Positions 56,601 to 64,000 of a DNA stretch of 64,000 nucleotides are shown here, one piece after another. Position 1 is the stretch's first letter. Each line of letters begins with the position of its first letter. This DNA is from Eledone cirrhosa. Taxonomy: Eukaryota. Made by a program: the position numbers and the translations under genes. The notes below the pieces were generated by a model. That model was not told the origin of the DNA, did not search any database, and saw nothing but the letters and a program-made list of their open reading frames with translations. The stretch is from assembly GCA_964016885.1 (NCBI GenBank), contig OZ024756.1, positions 8,680,001 to 8,744,000 on the forward strand, written 5' to 3'.

Positions 56601-59600
56601 AGTGTCTCAACTGTCTTATATATTACAGTGGCTCAACTGTCTTCTATATTACAGTGGCTCAACTGTCTTCTATATTACAGTGTCTCAACTGTCTTATATA
56701 TTACAGTGGCTCAACTGTCTTCTATATTACAGTGTCTCAACTGTCTTCTATATATACAGTGTCTGAACTGTCTTTTACATTACAGTGACTCAACTGTCTT
56801 CTATATTACAGTGTCTCAACTGTCTTCTATATTACAGTAGATCAACTGTCTTCTATATTACAGTGTCTCAACTGTCTTTTATATTACAGTGTTTCAACTG
56901 TCTTCTATATTACAGTGTCTGAACTGTCTTCTATACTACAGTGTCTCAACTGTCTTCTATATTTCAGTGTCTTAACTGTCTTCTATATATACAGTGTCTC
57001 AACTGTCTTATATATTACAGTGGCTCAACTGTCTTTTATATTACAGTGTCTCAACTGTCTTCTATATTACAGTGGCTCAACTGTCTTCTATATTAGAGTG
57101 TCTCAACTGTCTTCTATATTATAGTAGTTCAACTGTCTTCTATATTACCGTGTCTGAACTGTCTTCTATATTACAGTGTCTCAACCGTCTTCTATATTAC
57201 AGTGTCTCAACTGTCTTCTATATTACAGTGTCTCAACAGTCTTCTATATTACAGTGACTCAACAACCTTCTATATTACAGTGTCTCAACTGTCTTCTATA
57301 CTACAGTGTCTCAACTGTCTTCTATATTACAGTGTCTCAACTGTCTTCTATACTACAGTGTCTCAACTGTCTTCTATATTACAGTGTCACAACTGTCTCC
57401 TATATTACAGTGTCTCAACTGTCTCCTATATTACAGTGTCTCAACTGTCTTCTATATTACAGTGTCTCAACTGTCTTCTATATTACAGTGTCTCAACTGT
57501 CTTCTATATTACAGTGTCTAAACTGTCTTCTATATTACAGTGTCTCAACTGTCTTCTATATTACAGTGGCTGCACTGTCTTCTATATTACAGTGTCTGAA
57601 CTGTCTTCTATATTACAGTAGCTCAACTGTCTTCTACATTACAGTAGTTCAACTGTCTTCTATATTACAGTGTCTCAACTGTCTTCTATACTACAGTGTC
57701 TGAACTGTCTTCTATATTACAGTAGCTCAACTGTCTTCTATATTACAGTAGTTCAACTGTCTTCTATATTACAGTAGCTCAACTGTCTTCTATATTACAG
57801 TGTCTCAACTGTCTTCTATATTACAGTGTCTCAACTGTCTTCTATACTACAGTGTCTCAACTGTCTTCTATACTACAGTGTCTCAGCTGTCTTCTATATT
57901 ACAGTAGCTCAACTGTCTTCTATTATTACAGTAGCTCCACTGTCTCGTATATTACAGTAGCTCAACTGTCTTCTATATTACAGCGTCTCAACTGTGTCTT
58001 CTATATTACAGTGTCTCAACTGTCTTCTATATTACAGTGTCTCAACTGTCTTCTATATTACAGTGTCTCGACTGTCTTCTATACTACAGTGGCTCAACTG
58101 TCTTCTATATTACAGTGTCTCAACTGTCTTCTATATGACAGTGTCTCAACTGTCTTTTATATTACAGTGTCTCAACTGTCTTCTATATTACAGTGGCTCA
58201 ACTGTCTTCTATATTACAGTGTCTCAACTGTCTTCTATATTATAGTAGTTCAACTGTCTTCTATATTACAGTGTCTCAACTGTCTTCTATATTACAATGG
58301 CTCAACTGTCTTCTATACAACAGTGTCTCAACTGTCTTCTATATTACAGTGTCTCAACTGTCTTCTATATTACAGTGTCTCAACTGTCTTCTATATTAAA
58401 GTAGTTCAACTGTCTTCTATATTACAGTGTCTCAACTGTCTTCTATATTACAGTGTCTCAACTGTCTTCTATATTACAGTGGCTCAACTGTCTTCTATAT
58501 TACAGTGTCTCAACCGTCTTCTATATTACAGTGTCTCAACTGTCTTATATATTACAGTATCTCAACTGTCTTCTATAGTACAGTGTCTCAACTGGTTCTA
58601 TATTACAGTGTCTCAACTGTCTTCTATACTACAGTGTCTCAACTGTCTTCTATATTACAGTGTCTCAATTGTGTTATATTTTACAGTGGCTCAACTGTCT
58701 TCTATATTACAGTTTCTCAACTGTCTTCTATATGACAGTGTCTCAACAGCCTTCTACATTACAGTGTCTCAACTGTCTTCTATATTACAGTGTCTCAACT
58801 GTCTTCTATATTACAGTGTCTCAACTGTCTTCGATACTACAGTGTCTCAACTGTCTTCTATATTACAGTAGATCAACTGTCTTCTATATTACAGTGTCTC
58901 AACTGTCTTTTATATTACAGTGTCTCAACTGTCTTCTATATTACAGTGGCTCAACTGTCTTCTATATTACAGTGTCTAAACTGTCTTCTATATTATAGTA
59001 GTTCAACTGTCTTCTATATTACAGTGTCTCAACTGTCTTCTATATTACAGTGTCTCAACTGTCTTCTATATTACAGTGTCTCAACTGTCTTCTACATTCC
59101 AGTGGCTCAACTGTCTTCTATATTACAGTGTCTCAACTGTCTTATATATTACAGTGTCTCAACTGTCTTATATATTACAGTGGCTCAACTGTCTTCTATA
59201 TTACAGTCTCTCAACTGTCTTCTATATGACAGTGTCTCAACTGTCTTCTATATTACAGTGTCTCAACTGTCTTCTATATTACAGTGGTTCAACTGTCTTC
59301 TATATTACAGTGTCTCAACTGTCTTCTATATTACAGTGTCTCAACTGTCTTCTATATTCCAGTAGCTCAACTGTCTTCTATATTACAGTGTCTCAACTGT
59401 CTTCTATATTACAGTAATTCAACTGTCTTATATACTACAGTGTCTCAACTGTCTTCTATATTACAGTGTCTCAACTGTCTTCTATATTACAGTAGATCAA
59501 CTGTCTTCTATATTACAGTGTCTCAACTGTCTTTTATATTACAGTGTCTCAACTGTCTTCTATATTACAGTGGCTCAACTGTCTTCTATATTACAGTGTC

Positions 59601-62340
59601 TCAACTGTCTTCTATATTATAGTAGTTCAACTGTCTTCTATATTACAGTGTCTCAACTGTCTTCTATACAACAGTGTCTCAACTGTCTTCTATATTACAG
59701 TGTCTCAACTGTCTTCTATATTACAGTGTCTCAACTGTCTTCTGTATTACAGTAGTTCAACTGTCTTCTATATTACAGTGTCTCAACTGTCTTCTATATT
59801 ACAGTGTCTCAACTGTCTTCTATATTACAGTGGCTCAACTGTCTTCTATATTACGGTGTCTCAACCGTCTTCTATATTACAGTGTCTCAACTGTCTTCTA
59901 TATTACAGTATCTCAACTGTCTTCTATACTACAGTGTCTCAACTGTCTTCTATATTACAGTGTCTCAACTGTTTTCCATATACTACAGTGTCTCAACTGT
60001 CTTCTATATTACAGTGTCTCAACTGTCTTATATTTTACAGTGGCTCAACTGTCTTCTATATTACAGTTTCTCAACTGTCTTCTATATGACAGTGTCTCAA
60101 CAGCCTTCTATATTACAGTCTCTCAACTGTCTTCTATATTACAGTGTCTCAACTGTCTTCTATATTATAGTAGTTCAACTGTCTTCTATATTACAGTGTC
60201 TCAACTGTCTTCTATACAACAGTGTCTCAACTGTCTTCTATATTACAGTGTCTCATCTGTCTTCTATATTACAGTGTCTCAACTGTCTTCTATATTACAG
60301 TAGCTCAACTGTCTTCTATATTACAGTGTCTCAACTGTCTTATATTTTACAGTGGCTCAACTGTCTTCTATATTACAGTTTCTCAACTGTCTTCTATATG
60401 ACAGTGTCTCAACAGCCTTCTATATTACAGTGTCTCAACTGTCTTCTATATGACAGTGTCTCAACAGCCTTCTATATTACAGTGTCTCAACTGTCTTCTA
60501 TACTACAGTGTCTCAACTGTCTTCTATATTACAGTAGATCAACTGTCTTCTATATTACAGTGTCTCAACTGTCTTCTATATTACAGAGTCTCAACTGTCT
60601 TCTATATTATAGTGTCTCAACTGTCTTCTATAATACAGTGTCTCAACTGTCTTCTATATTACAGTGGCTGCATTGTCTTCTATATTACAGTGTCTCAACT
60701 GTCTTCTATACTACAGTGTCTCAACTGTCTTCTATACTACAGTGTCTCAACTGTCTTCTATATTACAGTAGATCAACTGTCTTCTATATTACAGTGTCTC
60801 AACTGTCTTCTATATTACAGTGTCTCAACTGTCTTCTATATTACAGTGTCTCAACTGTCTTCTATATTACAGTGTCTCAACTGTCTTCTATATTACAGTG
60901 TCTCAACTGTCTTCTATATTACAGTGACTCAACTGTCTTCTATATTACAGTGGCTCAACTGTCTTCTATACTACAGTGTCTCAACTGTCTTCTATATTAC
61001 AGTGTCTCAACTGTCATATACATTACAGTGGCTCAACTGTCTTCTATATATACAGTGTCTCAACTGTCTTATATATTACAGTGGCTCCACTGTCTTCTAT
61101 ATAGACAGTGTCTCAACTGTCTTCTATATTACAGTGTCTCAACTGTCTCCTATATTACAGTGTCTCAACTGTCTTCTATACTATAGTGTCTCAACTGTCT
61201 TATATATTACAGTGGCTCAAATGTCTTCTATATTACAGTGTCTAAACTGTCTTCTATATACACAGTGTCTCAACTGTCTTCTATATTACAGTGGCTCAAC
61301 TGTCTTCTATATTACAGTGTCTCAACTGTCTTATATATTACAGTGGCTCAACTGTCTTCTATATTACAGTGTCTCAACTGTCTTCTATATATACAGTGTC
61401 TGAACTGTCTTTTATATTACAGTGACTCAACTGTCTTCTATATTACAGTGTCTCAACTGTCTTCTATATTACAGTAGATCAACTGTCTTCTATATTACAG
61501 TGTCTCAACTGTCTTTTATATTACAGTGTTTCAACTGTCTTCTATATTACAGTGGCTCAACTGTCTTATATATTACAGTGTCTCAACTGTCTTCTATATT
61601 ACAGTGGCTCAACTGTCTTCTATATTACAGTGTCTCAACTGTCTTCTATATTATAGTAGTTCAACTGTCTTCTATATTACCGTGTCTGAACTGTCTTCTA
61701 TATTACAGTGTCTCAACCGTCTTCTATATTACAGTGTCTCAACTGTCTTCTATATTACAGTGTCTCAACAGTCTTCTATATTACAGTGACTCAACAACCT
61801 TCTATATTACAGTGTCTCAACTGTCTTCTATACTACAGTGTCTCAACTGTCTTCTATATTACAGTGTCTCAACTGTCTTCTATACTACAGTGTCTCAACT
61901 GTCTTCTATATTACAGTGTCACAACTGTCTCCTATATTACAGTGTCTCAACTGTCTCCTATATTACAGTGTCTCAACTGTCTCCTATATTACAGTGTCTC
62001 AACTGTCTTCTATATTACAGTGTCTCAACTGTCTTCTATATTACAGTGTCTAAACTGTCTTCTATATTACAGTGTCTCAACTGTCTTCTATATTACAGTG
62101 GCTGCACTGTCTTCTATATTACAGTGTCTGAACTGTCTTCTATATTACAGTAGCTCAACTGTCTTCTACATTACAGTAGTTCAACTGTCTTCTATATTAC
62201 AGTGTCTCAACTGTCTTCTATACTACAGTGTCTGAACTGTCTTCTATATTACAGTAGCTCAACTGTCTTCTATATTACAGTAGTTCAACTGTCTTCTATA
62301 TTACAGTAGCTCAACTGTCTTCTATATTACAGTGTCTCAA
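44640..62340. repeat. Four successive copies of a variable-length (about 3.6-4.6 kb) higher-order unit
   Basis: The marker ACCGTGTCTGAAC is at 49227, 53553, 57147, 61679, and ACGGT..ACCGT is at 46751, 51098, 54671, 59853. ORF offsets are 4347 (46468/50815), 3573 (50841/54414), 3594 (53321/56915), 4584 (55866/60450) and 4532 (57176/61708). Confidence 0.88.
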
Positions 62341-64000
62341 CTGTCTTCTATACTACAGTGTCTCAACTGTCTTCTATATTACAGTGTCTCAACTGTCTTC
62401 TACATTACAGTGTCTCAACTGTCTTCTATACTACAGTGTCTCAACTGTCTTCTCTATTACAGTGTCTCAACTGTTTTCTATATTACTGTGGTTGCACTGT
62501 CTCCTCTATTACAATGTCTCAACTGTCTTCTATATTACAGTGGCTCAACTGTCTTCTATATTACTGTGTCTCAACTGTCTTCTATATTACAGTGTCTCAA
62601 CTGTCATCTATATTACAGTGTCTCAACTGTCTTCTATATTACAGTGTCTCAACTGTCTTCTGTATTACAGTGTCTCAACTGTCTTCTATATTACAGTGTC
62701 TCAACTGTCTCCTATATTACTGTGGTTGCACTGTCTCCTATATTACAGTGTCTCAACTGTCTTCTATACTACAGTGTCTCAACTGTCTTCTCTATTACAG
62801 TGTCTCAACTGTCTTATATATTACTGTGGTTGCACTGTCTCCTCTATTACAGTGTCTCAACTGTCTTCTATATTACAGTGTCTGAACTGTCTTCTATACT
62901 ACAGTGTCTCAACTGTCTTCTATATTACAGTGTCTGAACTGTCTTCTATACTACAGTGTCTCAGCTGTCTTCTATATTACAGTAGCTCAACTGTCTTCTA
63001 TTATTACAGTAGCTCCACTGTCTCATATATTACAGTTGCTCAACTGTCTTCTATATTACAGTGTCTCAACTGTCTTCTATACAACAGTGTCTCAACTGTC
63101 TTCTATATTACAGTGTCTCAACTGTCTTCTATATTACAGTGTCTCAACTGTCTTCTATATTACAGTAGTTCAACTGTCTTCTATATTACAGTGTCTCAAC
63201 TGTCTTCTATATTACAGTGTCTCAACTGTCTTCTATATTATAGTAGTTCAACTGTCTTCTATATTACAGTGTCTCAACTGTCTTCTATACAACAGTGTCT
63301 CAACTGTCTTCTATATTACAGTGTCTCATCTGTCTTCTATATTACAGTGTCTCAACTGTTTTCTATATTACAGTAGTTCAACTGTCTTCTATATTACAGT
63401 GTCTCAACTGTCTTCTATATTACAGTGTCTCAACTGTCTTCTATATTACAGTGTCTCAAGTGTCTTCTATATTACAGTGTCTCAACTGTATTCTATATTA
63501 CAGTGTCTCAACTGTCTTCTATATCACAGTAGCTCAACTGTCTTCTATATTCCAGTAGCTCAACTGTCTTCTATATTACAGTGTATCAACTGTCTTCTAT
63601 ATTACAGTAGCTCAACTGTCTTCTATATTACAGTGTCTCAACTGTCTTCTATATTACAGTAGCTCAACTGTCTTCTATATTACAGTGTCTCAACTGTCTT
63701 ATATTTCACAGTGGCTCAACTGTGTTCTATATTACAGTTTCTCAACTGTCTTCTATATGACAGTGTCTCAACAGCCTTCTATATTACAGTGTCTCAACTG
63801 TCTTCTATATGACAGTGTCTCAACAGCCTTCTATATTACAGTGTCTCAACTGTCTTCTATATTCCAGTGGCTCAACTGTCTTCTATATTACAGTGTCTCA
63901 ACTGTCTTCTATATTACAGTGGCTGCACTGTCTTCTATATTACAGTGTCTCAACTGTCTTCTATATTACAGTGAGTCAACTGTCTTCTATATTACAGTGT

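Larger units (their letters stand above)
1..64000. repeat. 26-bp tandem satellite/minisatellite array, consensus ACAGTGTCTCAACTGTCTTCTATATT, about 2,460 head-to-tail copies, open at both window ends
   Basis: The monomer is read directly on every line. Most copies are identical to consensus or differ at 1-3 positions, with occasional 25-, 27-, 28-, 29- and 31-bp indel monomers. All copies have the same orientation. The copy number is 64000/26. Confidence 0.99.

Noticed and set aside
53-63662. Hundreds of + strand ORFs (60-1283 aa) as protein-coding genes
   Set aside because: All are translations of the same 26-bp repeat, overlapping in all three frames. Most start at the repeat's GTG and end wherever a loop variant makes a stop. 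There is no unique domain or codon-position pattern.
1-64000. CRISPR array (palindromic repeat of CRISPR-like length)
   Set aside because: The monomers abut directly with no unique spacers. The variable part is only 6 nt and is drawn from a few related variants. There is no leader and there are no cas genes.
1-64000. Array of LexA/SOS boxes (CTGT...ACAG around an AT-rich core)
   Set aside because: The E. coli-type box is CTGT-N8-ACAG. Here the spacing is CTGT-N10-ACAG, and even the 25-bp variant does not give the right spacing.
1-64000. Telomerase- or reverse-transcriptase-templated repeat (long yeast-type telomere unit, or DRT-type concatemer)
   Set aside because: There is no G-rich strand with G runs. 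Variants are inherited in kilobase collinear blocks, which indicates DNA-level duplication rather than repeated copying of one short template. No RT gene is present in the window.
1-64000. Pure sequencing or rolling-circle amplification artefact
   Set aside because: Rare variants recur in the same order at many different offsets and show subfamily structure, unlike random read error or a single fixed circle period. Individual near-identical duplications could still be misassembled.
1-64000. Repeated 3' splice acceptor-like motif (pyrimidine tract followed by TACAG)
   Set aside because: This is expected by chance on a T/C-rich strand. There is no exon, donor site or gene context to support use.
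1-64000. Assignment to a named satellite family, host taxon or transposon-internal (e.g. Helitron) repeat
   Set aside because: I do not recognise the monomer and there is no flanking sequence. A BLASTN, Dfam or Repbase search of a monomer dimer would be needed.

Overview
The whole 64-kb window is one uninterrupted head-to-tail tandem array of a 26-bp monomer, consensus ACAGTGTCTCAACTGTCTTCTATATT (about 2,460 copies, 9/26 G+C, + strand 17/26 pyrimidine). It extends past both window edges. I see no unique sequence, inversion, gene, RNA gene or mobile element. All listed ORFs are a by-product of the repeat: the + strand consensus has no stop codon, so a 78-nt trimer gives the 26-aa unit VSQLSSILQCLNCLLYYSVSTVFYIT in all three frames, while the - strand has TAG, TGA and TAA in every monomer. 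The real structure is internal. Each monomer carries a dyad, ACAGT-N6-ACTGT. Multi-base variation is concentrated in the 6-nt loop, and a few variants preserve or extend the dyad. The order of variant monomers records nested duplications from 52 bp to about 4.6 kb, i.e. irregular, nascent higher-order repeats. The simplest reading is satellite/minisatellite DNA, probably eukaryotic, though the host cannot be determined from this window. I found no positive evidence for a new protein-based system. Block boundaries are approximate because they were read by eye from marker monomers and ORF-track offsets.
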